A stretch of 59,658 bases of DNA, counting the filler, from Nitrospinota bacterium (GTDB lineage: Bacteria > JADFOP01): assembly GCA_022562795.1 (NCBI GenBank). It is 3 parts of 3 records of this genome, joined end to end, with 100 filler letters (N's around TTAATTAATTAA, not from the genome) between each part and the next. Parts side by side here need not be neighbours in the genome. Positions count along the whole stretch, not along the records: positions 1 to 26,550 come from JADFOP010000030.1; positions 26,651 to 52,902 come from JADFOP010000031.1; 1 more part is not named here. One strand, 5' to 3'. Of this stretch, positions 19,617 to 29,198 are shown piece after piece. Under the pieces are notes generated by a model that worked only from the letters and a program-made list of their open reading frames with translations, made no database searches and was not told where the DNA came from. Positions within the stretch are counted from its first letter, which is position 1; each line of letters starts with the position of its first letter. The position numbers and the translations under genes were made by a program.

Positions 19617-20489
19617 CTAAAAGATGGTGTTTATTACTTTATCAAGGGATAGTAACGATATAACCGCAAGGGCATAAATATTTATTTCCCTGAATGCACA
19701 CCTGAATGAGGGCTCTTCACCCCGGGCCCTAAAAAAACGCATTGCACCCCACACCAGCCACAACGTCAACCCAAGGAGGGCAAGATTCGTAAGGGTGGTC
19801 CGAACCGTACCAAAAAGAGGGATCAAGAGGCATGTTACGGCCGTCGCCAAAATCCAAACGAATGTGATCTTTGAGAGCTGACCCGCGGTGAAGATACTCG
19901 TAAGGGAGGGGAGCCCCGCTTCCTCATAATCCTTTCCATAGGTCAACAGAAGAAGCCAGAAATGAGGCACCTGCCAGACAAAGAAGAAAAAGCACAGGGC
20001 CAAAATTTTCGGATCAAAGGGGCTCCCTCCGGCGGCGGCCCAACCCACCGCTGGCGGTATGGCGCCTACCAAAGCACCTGGTATAGCAGCGAAAGGGCTC
20101 CTTTTCTTTAGAGGAGTGTAAATCGCATTATACCAAAATGCGGCGAAAAGGCCCAAGCTGAGCGCAACGACGTTGGAGCCGACCAAAAGGATGAGGGAGC
20201 CGGACAGCATCGAGAGGAGGGCAATCGCCAACGCCTGGGGAGGGGTTAGTCTTCCGGAGGGTATAGGCCTACCTTTCGTCCTTTTCATCAAGGAATCGAT
20301 CTCTCCCTCCTGGTACTGATTGAGCGCCGAGGAGCCGCAGGCCAGCAAGAAGAGCCCTACCGTCGGGAATACGATTGCCAACGATACGCTATCGGCGGCG
20401 AGTATGTAGCCTGTGGCAGTGGAGAGTGCGGCAAGGAGAGCGATTCTTCCCTTGCTTAGGTCGAAGAATATCTTAAGGTAGCGCTGCAC
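19617..20489 (-). CDS. cyoE: protoheme IX farnesyltransferase (heme O synthase)
   Basis: D.LMKRTKGRPIPSGR, YTPLKKR, WQVPHFW and DY..AG.P motifs. Confidence 0.93.
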   Translation of the reverse strand: MQRYLKIFFDLSKGRIALLAALSTATGYILAADSVSLAIVFPTVGLFLLACGSSALNQYQEGEIDSLMKRTKGRPIPSGRLTPPQALAIALLSMLSGSLILLVGSNVVALSLGLFAAFWYNAIYTPLKKRSPFAAIPGALVGAIPPAVGWAAAGGSPFDPKILALCFFFFVWQVPHFWLLLLTYGKDYEEAGLPSLTSIFTAGQLSKITFVWILATAVTCLLIPLFGTVRTTLTNLALLGLTLWLVWGAMRFFRARGEEPSFRCAFREINIYALAVISLLSLDKVINTIF

Positions 20490-20507
20490 ACCTAGTGATT
20501 CCCTTTA

Positions 20508-21419
20508 TTAATGTAACCCCTTCAAATAAGCGATAATCTGCTGAATCTCTTCATCCGTGATGAGGCCCTTTTGCGGGGGCATGATGGGGGGAAACCCTTT
20601 GACCACGTCCGCCATGGGTTCCATAATTGATTTTCGTATGTATTCCTCGTCCACGACAACGTCTCTCTCTGTGCCGCCAGTGACGACGGTCTCTTTCCTG
20701 CCGAAAATTCCCTTGAACGTTGGGCCTACCCTCGGGGTGCCGTCGGTGGTGTGACACGCCACACACCCTTTAATCTTCAGCAGCTCGGCTCCAAGATCCG
20801 CCTTCGAAACGAGGCCGTTGCCGACATACCATTCCTGGAACTTCTCCTCAGGCATCACCTCGACTTTCGCCATCATGTAGGAGTGGCGCATCCCGCAATA
20901 TTCCGCACATTGGGCATCATACGTGCCGACCATGGTTGGGGTAAACGAGATGTAGTTGTTCAATCCCGGGACGACATCCTCCTTGACTCGGAAAGCGGCA
21001 ACGTAAAAGGCGTGAAGGACGTCGAGGGATTCCAGCTCCAGCTTCACGGGTTTATTTACAGGCAGCTTCAAAACATCGCTCTGCTTTCCGTTTTCATACT
21101 CAAAGGCCCACGACCACATGCGGGCTGTAACCTTCACGACCGCAGCGTCCTTCGGAACTCTCCGCATCTCTTTAAAGCCAACCCACCCGTAGTAAAACAT
21201 CGACATGACTAGGATGGTGGGGATAACCGTCCACGTCACCTCAAGAAGGGTATGGCCCTCGATGTTGGCTGGCGGAATGTTCTTGCTTCGGCGGTACTTG
21301 AAAATAAAGTAGACCATCAAAAAAGTGATGGCCACCAATAAGACAACGGATATTCCAACGATGTAAAAGAAGACAAAGTCTACAGTGCCTGCAATGCTAG
21401 ACGCCTTGGGAATCATCAC
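20508..21419 (-). CDS. coxB: cytochrome c oxidase subunit II with C-terminal cytochrome c domain
   Basis: LEVTWT, DVLHAF, CuA motif CAEYCGMRHSYM and heme c motif CVACH. Confidence 0.95.
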   Translation of the reverse strand: MMIPKASSIAGTVDFVFFYIVGISVVLLVAITFLMVYFIFKYRRSKNIPPANIEGHTLLEVTWTVIPTILVMSMFYYGWVGFKEMRRVPKDAAVVKVTARMWSWAFEYENGKQSDVLKLPVNKPVKLELESLDVLHAFYVAAFRVKEDVVPGLNNYISFTPTMVGTYDAQCAEYCGMRHSYMMAKVEVMPEEKFQEWYVGNGLVSKADLGAELLKIKGCVACHTTDGTPRVGPTFKGIFGRKETVVTGGTERDVVVDEEYIRKSIMEPMADVVKGFPPIMPPQKGLITDEEIQQIIAYLKGLH

Positions 21420-21425
21420 CTGACC

Positions 21426-21731
21426 TTAGCGAAACAAGAAATCGAAATACGTCAGTCCTATAACGGTAGCCAAAGTGCCCAGGGCTACTAATACCATGAT
21501 TTTGAAAGTCCGGTCTTCGTGCCTGAGGTGCATGAAATGATTGGCCACGACCCACGATTTAAAGGTGGCAATGGCTAGGGCCACCAAGACACTGATCTGG
21601 CCTAACTCCAGGCCGGCTACGGCCACCGTGAGCACGGTCATCACCAGCAACGTTATCCATACAAAAATATAAGTTCCAAACTCGACAATGTGGTATTCGG
21701 GCTCTCCATGTCCATGCGCCATCGCACCCAC
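21426..21731 (-). CDS. cytochrome c oxidase subunit IV
   Basis: Three TM helices, IATFK...FMHL motif, operon position. Confidence 0.85.
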   Translation of the reverse strand: MGAMAHGHGEPEYHIVEFGTYIFVWITLLVMTVLTVAVAGLELGQISVLVALAIATFKSWVVANHFMHLRHEDRTFKIMVLVALGTLATVIGLTYFDFLFR

Positions 21732-21735
21732 TCCT

Positions 21736-22350
21736 TCAGGTTATCAAGTAGAAGAGCGGAAAAAGAAAAATCCAGATGACATCAACGAGGTGCCAGTATA
21801 GGCCGGTATTCTCCAGCCATATAAAATCGGTTTTGTGGATCACCTCGTTGGCGACGTAATACAACATCCAACCCATCACCGCCACGCCCGCGAGAACGTG
21901 GATTCCATGCAAGCCCGTCATCACGTAGTAAAGGCTATAGAACAGGATCTCGCCTGGAGGGTGGTGTAGCATCTCGGGCGAGCTGGGATAGAGGCCGTGG
22001 CTGAACTTCGCCCCCCACTCAAAGTACTTGTTGACGAGGAACCCAAAGCCGCAAATGATCGTAATACTCAAACAATAGATGGACCACCGCTTATTTCCTC
22101 GTTGGATGAACGCGATGGAGAGCGCCATCGTTAGGCTGCTGGTCAGCAGGATGAGCGTGTTGAAGGTTCCGAGGAGCACATCCAGCTCCTGAGCCGCGTG
22201 ATGAAACTCTTCGGGGTGGACGGCGCGATAGACCGAATAGATGACGAACATCCCGCCGAACAGCATGACCTCCGTGAACAGGAAGATCCACATCCCCATC
22301 TTAGAGCTGGTGTAATCAACCCGCCAGACGTGGGCTTCTTCAGCGCTCAT
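21736..22350 (-). CDS. coxC: cytochrome c oxidase subunit III
   Basis: GMWIFLFTEVMLFGG, TGLHGIHV and YWHLVDVIW motifs; ATGA overlap with the coxA stop. Confidence 0.95.
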   Translation of the reverse strand: MSAEEAHVWRVDYTSSKMGMWIFLFTEVMLFGGMFVIYSVYRAVHPEEFHHAAQELDVLLGTFNTLILLTSSLTMALSIAFIQRGNKRWSIYCLSITIICGFGFLVNKYFEWGAKFSHGLYPSSPEMLHHPPGEILFYSLYYVMTGLHGIHVLAGVAVMGWMLYYVANEVIHKTDFIWLENTGLYWHLVDVIWIFLFPLFYLIT

Positions 22351-23978
22351 TTGATCGGCTCCCATTCGAACTCATACGGACCCTTCGTCACGGTTGGGAT
22401 CTCCAAGAAGTTATGAGGCGTCGGGGGCGACTGAATCTGCCACTCCAAGGTGGCCCCACCCCAGGGGTTATCCTCCGCAGGCGGCCCACTCCATAGCCCC
22501 TTGGCTAAGTTCCAAAACATGAGGATCAGCCCGGCGATAAAAATCCAAGAGCCCACGGTGGAGACGACGTGACCGGAGTGGAACTTCGGAAGGTAATCAT
22601 AATATCGACGGGGCATCCCATCGAGGCCGAGCTTAAACATCGGGAAGTAGAGAACGTTGAACCCGACAAAGACGAGGAGCCACGCCCACTTTGCGACCAG
22701 CTCGTTGTACATCCGGCCAAACATCTTCGGGAACCAGAAATGGAGGGCCGCAAAGAGGGCAATCCCCGTTCCGCCAAAGACGATATAGTGGAAATGGGCC
22801 ACAACAAAATAGGTGTCATGAAGGTGGATGTCAGCGGCTACGGCCCCTTGCACCAAGCCGCTGAACCCACCGATGCAGAAGAAGAAAATAAACGCCAGGG
22901 CGTATAGAAAGGGCGAGGCGATCTCGATGGAGCCCCGGTACAAGGTGGCAACCCAGTTAAACACCTTAATGGCGCTGGGTATGGCCACGAGGAAGGTAAT
23001 AAAGGAAAAAACCATCCTAGCGGTGTCGCTCATCCCGCTGGTGAACATGTGATGACCCCAGACCAAGAAGCCAAAGGCCGCGATGGCAATGCTCGACCAC
23101 GCAATGGCTCTGTAGCCAAAGATGGTTCGCCTAGCAAAGACGGGGATGATCTCAGAGATGACGCCCATCCCCGGCAGAGCCATCACGTAGACCGCAGGAT
23201 GAGAGTATATCCAAAAGAGATGCTGAAAGAGGACAGGGTCGCCCCCCATGACGGGGTTAAACAGGCCGATTCCCACGACTCGTTCGAGGATGACGAGCAC
23301 GAGGGTAATCCCAATGATGGGGGTGGCCAGAACCTGCATCCAGGCTGTGGCGTAGACCGCCCAGACAAACAGGGGCAGGCGATACCAGGTCATGCCGGGG
23401 GCCCGGAGCCGGTGCACCGTGGTCAAGAAATTCAAGCCCGTCAAGATGGATGAAAATCCCAGCAAAAAGGCGGCAAAGAGGGCCATCGACGTGTTGGTGC
23501 CGGTCCTGAGGCTGTACGGAGCATAGAAGGTCCACCCCGTATCAGCGAACCCGCTTCCGGTGAACAGGGACGTGATGGCGACCGTGGCACCACTGATGAA
23601 CAGCCACCAGGAGAGCAGGTTGATCCGTGGGAAGGCCACATCTTCGGCCCCAATCATAATCGGCAGCAGGAAGTTGCCGAACGAGGCCGAAAGCCCCGGG
23701 ATGGCGAACATAAAAATCATGATGACGCCGTGAAGCGTGAACATTGAATTATACGTTTGGGGCCCCATGATGGTCCTGCCTGGGGCGATGAGCTCGATCC
23801 GGAGCAAAAACCCAAGGAGCACCGCAATAGCGAACAAGCTCAGCATGCTCGCCAGGTACAAGATGCCTATACGCTTGTGATCGGTTGAAAAAATCCATCC
23901 GAATATTCCGTTATACTTGCCCTTCACTTCATAAAAGCTGATCCCAGGATGAACCGCCACCGCCGCTTCGCCACTCAT
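22347..23978 (-). CDS. coxA: cytochrome c oxidase subunit I (A2-type)
   Basis: STDHKRIG, HGVIM, FWIYSHPAVY (YS motif), WGHHM and VVAHFHY motifs. Confidence 0.96.
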   Translation of the reverse strand: MSGEAAVAVHPGISFYEVKGKYNGIFGWIFSTDHKRIGILYLASMLSLFAIAVLLGFLLRIELIAPGRTIMGPQTYNSMFTLHGVIMIFMFAIPGLSASFGNFLLPIMIGAEDVAFPRINLLSWWLFISGATVAITSLFTGSGFADTGWTFYAPYSLRTGTNTSMALFAAFLLGFSSILTGLNFLTTVHRLRAPGMTWYRLPLFVWAVYATAWMQVLATPIIGITLVLVILERVVGIGLFNPVMGGDPVLFQHLFWIYSHPAVYVMALPGMGVISEIIPVFARRTIFGYRAIAWSSIAIAAFGFLVWGHHMFTSGMSDTARMVFSFITFLVAIPSAIKVFNWVATLYRGSIEIASPFLYALAFIFFFCIGGFSGLVQGAVAADIHLHDTYFVVAHFHYIVFGGTGIALFAALHFWFPKMFGRMYNELVAKWAWLLVFVGFNVLYFPMFKLGLDGMPRRYYDYLPKFHSGHVVSTVGSWIFIAGLILMFWNLAKGLWSGPPAEDNPWGGATLEWQIQSPPTPHNFLEIPTVTKGPYEFEWEPIK

Positions 23979-23983
23979 GAGCC

Positions 23984-24925
23984 TTACCCCTCTTTCCGTA
24001 TCTGTCTTTTTCCTGCCCTCGTTAAGAAAATGGCCAGCCCTATCAAAAAGACAATCATCGTGGTCCCGAACACTTTCAAGATATTAAACACGTATTTTTT
24101 GCCTTTGGGATCGTACGTGAAGCAGTATTGCAGAAACTTCGCGATGGTAGGGCCCGGTCTGCCCTCCGAAGCCTCGGCGAGCGCCATCTTAAGGTCGAAG
24201 GGCAAAAAGGTCTTTCCATACAGGTATCGGATGATTTTGCCTTCGCCAGAAAGGATGACCAGTGTAACGGAGTGATGGAAAACATCCTCTTTCCTTTGGA
24301 ACCGAAAGCCCGCCGCGTTGGTGAATTTCTTGATGTTCGCCCTATCCCCGGTCAAAAACCGCCACGCCTCCGGCGGATAGGGTTTTTCAATGGCCTTGAG
24401 ATAGTCCCTCTTATTCTTCGCCGCGTCGGCCGGTGTGTCGAGCTCGTCAAAGCTGACCGCCAGCGCACGGTACTCTTCGCCCGGCACCGCGTCTAATTTA
24501 CGCAAAACCTCAGAAACCCCGGTCAGCAGAAGGGGGCAGACATCGGTGCAACTATAATATACGAAAGAGACTATGGTGGGTCTATCGATGAGTTCCTTCA
24601 GGCTCACCTCTCGGCCATCCGAATCAACGAACGTCAAATCGAGGGGCACATAATCACCCAACTGCTCCTCAATGCCGATATAAGGCGCCTCGGCATCTTT
24701 CAGGGCATCATGGTCATGTCGGTCCGGTTCGGTAGGTTCTTGGGAGAGGGATCCGCCGTTTTGGGCATCGCCTCCCGGAGCGCGGAGGGCCGCTCCTTGG
24801 GGCTTTGTAGACTGTCCCTTGCCGGGCTCATGTCCCCAGGCCCAGGTGGCCGGCAAAAGAAGCGCCAGGGCCACAAAAAAAATAAAACGCCTCTTCTTCA
24901 CCCTCATTTCTTCGAACGTACGCAA
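23984..24925 (-). CDS. SCO1/SenC family copper chaperone
   Basis: Signal peptide, His-rich linker, CTDVC motif, HS, C-terminal TM helix; true start may be ATG 24907. Confidence 0.9.
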   Translation of the reverse strand: MRTFEEMRVKKRRFIFFVALALLLPATWAWGHEPGKGQSTKPQGAALRAPGGDAQNGGSLSQEPTEPDRHDHDALKDAEAPYIGIEEQLGDYVPLDLTFVDSDGREVSLKELIDRPTIVSFVYYSCTDVCPLLLTGVSEVLRKLDAVPGEEYRALAVSFDELDTPADAAKNKRDYLKAIEKPYPPEAWRFLTGDRANIKKFTNAAGFRFQRKEDVFHHSVTLVILSGEGKIIRYLYGKTFLPFDLKMALAEASEGRPGPTIAKFLQYCFTYDPKGKKYVFNILKVFGTTMIVFLIGLAIFLTRAGKRQIRKEG

Positions 24926-25335
24926 AGCAATGTCTCTTTCTGCATGTTTTTTCGGGGCCGAAGACCGTCAGGAGAGCGCAGAGAATCTCACCCGGGCAAC
25001 CGGGTCACGTCTAACGATGTCACCTCATCCCATTTAAAGGCGGGGTCCATTGTCTGGCGAGAGATTGCCCCCTCCACCAAATACGGAATATGCCTCGTTC
25101 CTCCGGCCGTGTCAAGTCTTTATTGGAAGAAGTGATGGGGCCGGGATTGAGCCGATAAACCAACGGTCCGGCGGCGGTGTCCAATGAATTGCTACGGGCG
25201 GGTGGCTTGAGATACTTGCCAAGACTATATGAATGGTGTAAACTTACGATATATATTATGTAGGGCATAAAAATAAGGGCGACGAACCTTCCAGGACAGC
25301 GTCCTGGGATAAGAGAAACGGGGGAGGGTTGAAGC

Positions 25336-25677
25336 ATGGTCCAGCAGAAAGAAGACATTAAGCGGACCGCCCACCCCGAATCGGGAGAATCCGAAGGGGC
25401 CAAGGTCAAGTCCCCGGGGACGGACCAACGTCGTGCCGCCTGGGAAAAGACCCTCAATTCCTTCGTCGAGCGGTTTGACTTCACCCCGATCGATTTAAAG
25501 CCCGACGTCCACGATGGCGTGCCCCTTGTGGCGGGCACCGACATGCCGCTCAGCACCATCCTCTGGATGCTCTCGGTGGGCTACCGTGTGGAGAACATCC
25601 TCAAGGAATACCCCGGCGTGGAACGAAAGCAGCTCCTGAACGCCCTAGCCTTCGCCGCGGAGCTTCTAGAAGAATAA
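25336..25677 (+). CDS. DUF433 domain protein
   Basis: PDVHDGVPLVAGTDMP...ILKEYP.V....L..AL.FA pattern; GGAGG RBS. Confidence 0.75.
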   Translation: MVQQKEDIKRTAHPESGESEGAKVKSPGTDQRRAAWEKTLNSFVERFDFTPIDLKPDVHDGVPLVAGTDMPLSTILWMLSVGYRVENILKEYPGVERKQLLNALAFAAELLEE

Positions 25678-25808
25678 TCCAGCACCCCGACCGACTCAAA
25701 CGAGGCAGCGTCCCCTTTGCTGCCTCGTTCTTTTATGGGGGGGCTTTAGCCGGCCCATCCCGCTCTGCCCGTTCCCCGCCTCTTCGCTTAGCTCGTAAAA
25801 AACCCCGG

Positions 25809-25838
25809 ATCGCGGAAAATCGCGGAAAATCGCGGAAA
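25809..25838 (+). repeat. three perfect 10-bp tandem repeats ATCGCGGAAA
   Basis: Read directly; degenerate A-tract units continue to about 25870. Confidence 0.9.
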
Positions 25839-26077
25839 AATAGCCGGAAAAGGGGCTAAAAAGGATCAAAGGAGCTGTTTGCAAGGAAAACGAAATACGA
25901 TGTTATATTTCAATGAGATACCGCCTACTTACACCGTTGAGCGGAAGGGGGGCTTGGGGCCGGCCTTAAAGGCTTGCGGGGAGATGAGTGGAGTCAAAAC
26001 CTACGTTCCAACGTTCATTTTACGATCAACGAATTTGCTTGACATCTAATATTTATTATTATATATTTAACTTTGCT

Positions 26078-26428
26078 ATGAAGCGAAACTTTGGCATACT
26101 TTTCTACTGCGAGGAGTGCAAAGAGGGGCGCGAACGCACGTCCTTAGTCTTGAGCAGGGGATTCGCAGTGATGCTCCTCAAGTGCGGCCATCGCTACGTT
26201 CCAGACGGACAAGATGGTGGTATACAAGATAGGAGCCGGTGCGAATTACACGGGTTTCAAAAGCCATGCTCAACGTGCGGTTTTCTTATGGACGAAAGCC
26301 TCGAGTATGGAAGGCGGCTGGCAGAGGAATTGGAAATGGAAGCGGAAATTCATGAAGTATTTCTACGGGCGGAGCTAAAAAGGAATCCTCACCTCAAGCG
26401 TTTCGTCCCTAAATCGCTTCTTGGCTAG
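26078..26428 (+). CDS. hypothetical Cys-rich (zinc-binding) protein
   Basis: CEEC, CGH, CELH and CSTC motifs; low-GC context; 3' end overlaps the convergent MTase by 54 nt. Confidence 0.4.
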   Translation: MKRNFGILFYCEECKEGRERTSLVLSRGFAVMLLKCGHRYVPDGQDGGIQDRSRCELHGFQKPCSTCGFLMDESLEYGRRLAEELEMEAEIHEVFLRAELKRNPHLKRFVPKSLLG

Positions 26429-26550
26429 CTCCAAATACTCCTTTTCGGTATCAATCCCTATATACTTACGTTCAGTCCTAATAGCAGCAATGCCCGTAGA
26501 GCCACTACCCTGAAAGGGATCCAGCACTAACTCGTCCTTGTGTGTAGAAG
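26375..26550 (-). CDS. site-specific DNA methyltransferase (N4/N6 family), 3' end only, truncated by contig end
   Basis: Translated by hand, not in the ORF track: STHKDELVLDPFQGSGSTGIAAIRTERKYIGIDTEKEYLELAKKRF...IPF*; DPFxGSG motif I near the C-terminus fits the beta class. Confidence 0.85.
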
Positions 26551-26650
26551 NNNNNNNNNNNNNNNNNNNNNNNNNNNNNNNNNNNNNNNNNNNNTTAATT
26601 AATTAANNNNNNNNNNNNNNNNNNNNNNNNNNNNNNNNNNNNNNNNNNNN
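26551..26650. other. artificial contig spacer
   Basis: N44-TTAATTAATTAA-N44, giving stops in all six frames. Confidence 0.98.
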
Positions 26651-26651
26651 A

Positions 26652-26960
26652 ATCCGTAAGATCCCCATCCTTGGCGATATTCCTATCCTCGGGGCGCTCT
26701 TCCGCCAGGTGCGCCACAGCCGTACGGAGACCGAGCTGCTCATCGCTGTGACTCCCCGGCTGGTTAAGCCCCTAGGTCCCCAAGAGGTCATTCCCATGCC
26801 GGGCGACGAGGCCGTCTACGACCCCAATGATTTCGAGCTCTTTCTCCTCGGCAAGATGACCCATACGGAGCTAGGCAAGAAGACAAAGGAACAAAAGGCC
26901 ATGAATGAGTTCCTCAAAGCCCAGGCGGGACCTGGCGGGTATTTGGGGTTCATCAAATGA
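26652..26960 (+). CDS. cpaC: Tad secretin RcpA/CpaC, C-terminal part
   Basis: KIPILGDIPILGALFR...ETELLIAVTPRLVKP secretin signature; next to tad genes. Confidence 0.85.
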   Translation: MRKIPILGDIPILGALFRQVRHSRTETELLIAVTPRLVKPLGPQEVIPMPGDEAVYDPNDFELFLLGKMTHTELGKKTKEQKAMNEFLKAQAGPGGYLGFIK

Positions 26961-27802
26961 CCACGCAAAAGACGCAAGGGAGAGTGTCTCGGGCCGCGGG
27001 CTTTCTCGTAGCCTTAGCCCTCGTCGGCGGGTGCGCCTCGAAGCCCAAGAGTGCCTTGAACTCGCGCCCTTCGCCCTCTCCCAACAGGCTGGACCTGCTC
27101 GACATCAGGTCTCACGGCAAGGATCTAAACCACAAGGGCATCGTCAACAAGCACCTGGTGCGTTATTTTGTGGGCAGCGGTCAGTACGTCCTGGCACTGA
27201 AACACAATGAGACGCTGCTTAAAAAGGACTCCAATGATGCCGAGCTTCACTTCCTCAAAGGCTACGCCCTCCGGGAGCTAGGCCGCTATGAGGTAGCTGT
27301 TAAAGAGTTGAAGACCGCAGCCAAACTCCACCGGAACTACGCCGAAGCCTGGAACGCCCTGGCAGTGACCTACGACCGGATGCGTAAGCCCGATGAGGCC
27401 GAGAAGGCATTCTTGCAAGCCCTCAAGATTACACCGACCTCGCCCAAGTATCTCAACAACCTGGGGTTCTCCTACTTCAGCAGAGGCCAGTATGACAAGT
27501 CCGTCGAGGCTTACAAGAAGGCCCTCGCCTCCTACCCCAACAACGTTCTAATTCACAACAATCTCGGCTTCGCCTACGGAATGCTCGGCCGTTACGAAGA
27601 GGCCATGGCCGAATTTAAACAGGCCGGTCGCGACGAGGTGGCTTACAACAACCAGGGGTTCGTCTATCACATGCTCGGCTACAACGACCAGGCCAAGGTC
27701 ATGTATGCCAAGGCGCTCGAGTCCAATCCTAAGTTCACCAAAGCTCGAGACAACCTTCGGATATTGGAAAATGAGGGGAACGGCGCCTCTAGTGCGCCGT
27801 AA
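26957..27802 (+). CDS. TPR lipoprotein, TadD-like pilotin
   Basis: Lipobox VGGC, several TPRs (NNLGF), ATGA overlap with the secretin gene. Confidence 0.8.
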   Translation: MTTQKTQGRVSRAAGFLVALALVGGCASKPKSALNSRPSPSPNRLDLLDIRSHGKDLNHKGIVNKHLVRYFVGSGQYVLALKHNETLLKKDSNDAELHFLKGYALRELGRYEVAVKELKTAAKLHRNYAEAWNALAVTYDRMRKPDEAEKAFLQALKITPTSPKYLNNLGFSYFSRGQYDKSVEAYKKALASYPNNVLIHNNLGFAYGMLGRYEEAMAEFKQAGRDEVAYNNQGFVYHMLGYNDQAKVMYAKALESNPKFTKARDNLRILENEGNGASSAP

Positions 27803-27821
27803 GGAGGAGGTGGCTTACAAG

Positions 27822-28100
27822 ATGAAGAAGTTCTGGACAATCGGCATTATCGGGCTCATGGTCGCCTTCTTTTTGACCGCCTGCAGCCGAGCCCAAACCA
27901 ATCCTTACCATGGGGTCTCCTCGAAGATGAACTTCGGGCGCCAGATCATCAACCCCGAGGCTCCCGCCGAGGAGGAGTTGCCCGCGACTTCCGGCGCCAT
28001 AGGCGAAGAAATATATAAGCGACACGCCGATACCTACCAACAAGCCATCCCACGAAGGCTACATGGGACAACTATTCGCGGTGGTATCAAGTCCAAGTAG
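27822..28100 (+). CDS. small Tad-associated lipoprotein
   Basis: AGGAGG RBS; lipobox LTAC; QIINPEAP motif. Confidence 0.7.
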   Translation: MKKFWTIGIIGLMVAFFLTACSRAQTNPYHGVSSKMNFGRQIINPEAPAEEELPATSGAIGEEIYKRHADTYQQAIPRRLHGTTIRGGIKSK

Positions 28101-28233
28101 GGGTTCGCTGTAGAGCCGCTACCCGCTTCCTAGACACTTTCCACACATAGCTTTCCCACGACGAATATAACTCCGCCAACGGGTTGAAGCCATTCCCGCT
28201 ACACAGCAATCCTGGATGGAAACGCGAAAGGGC

Positions 28234-29187
28234 CTACTTCGCTAACGAGGGTAGGACGCTATCGATAATCTTGATTACACCTGGGCCGATGACAATCAAA
28301 AAAGTGGCTGGCAGGATGAAGAGCACCAGTGGGAACGTCAGCTTGACGGTCGTCTTGGCCGCCTTCTCCTCCGCGGCCTGGCGCCGTCTGGTCCGAATTG
28401 TGTCGGCTGAGATTCGCAGGGCTTGGGCTATCGAGGTGCCAAACCTATCGGCCTGGATCAGGACTGTCGCCAGGCCGCGGAGGTCCTCGAGGCTGTTGCG
28501 CTCTCCAAGGTTCCCCAGAGCCTTCTGGTAAGGAATTCCGGTGTTCATCTCGAGCGAAACGAGAGCGAGTTCTTTAGCCAATTTCGGAGCGGTGTGTTCT
28601 ATCTCCTCCCCCACCCGCTTGAGCGCCATATTGAGCCCCAGGCCGGCCTCGACGCATACAATGAGAAGGTCGAGGGCGTTCGGCAATGACTTGTTCAGGG
28701 CATCGTTGCGGCGATTCGTCACAATTCTTAACCACAGGTTGGGAGCATAGAGCCCCAGGGCCGTACCCCCTCCAACGGTGATGATTACGTTGAGGAGATT
28801 TTGAGCTCCCGCCAACGAGTAGGCCACCCCCAGACCTCCCAATAGTAGAGCCCCCGCGGCTTTCATACCAAAGAAGAACATCGGGGCCTTGGAGCTTCGG
28901 TAGCCGGCGTAAGAGAGTGTTTTCCTGAGGCCTGTGACCTTCTGCTGCTCTTTGGGCGCCGTTAACCGGCTCAGAGAGCTCATGGCCTTTTCCAATTGCT
29001 TTTCCATCTTCCCGTGTTTGCCCTGATCCTGTACCCCTATGCCCTGAAGTCTCTCCGAGACAACATCCGACGTAGTCTTCTTGAAGGCTTGACTTAGGAA
29101 CACTCCCACGCCCCCAATGGCCAAGACGGCGACGGTCATCATGAGGTAAAAGAGGGTGTTCGGATCAGATGTAAAGAGGTCCATCAT
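28234..29187 (-). CDS. tadC: Tad inner-membrane platform protein
   Basis: LPNALDLLIVCVEAGLGL, QADRFGTSI and AEEKAAKTTVKLTFPL motifs. Confidence 0.93.
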   Translation of the reverse strand: MMDLFTSDPNTLFYLMMTVAVLAIGGVGVFLSQAFKKTTSDVVSERLQGIGVQDQGKHGKMEKQLEKAMSSLSRLTAPKEQQKVTGLRKTLSYAGYRSSKAPMFFFGMKAAGALLLGGLGVAYSLAGAQNLLNVIITVGGGTALGLYAPNLWLRIVTNRRNDALNKSLPNALDLLIVCVEAGLGLNMALKRVGEEIEHTAPKLAKELALVSLEMNTGIPYQKALGNLGERNSLEDLRGLATVLIQADRFGTSIAQALRISADTIRTRRRQAAEEKAAKTTVKLTFPLVLFILPATFLIVIGPGVIKIIDSVLPSLAK

Positions 29188-29198
29188 GATACGGCCTC

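Noticed and set aside
26595..26606. TTAATTAATTAA palindrome (also 52947-52958)
   Set aside because: It is centred in identical N-runs and is an artificial six-frame stop linker. ORFs touching it are artefactually terminated.
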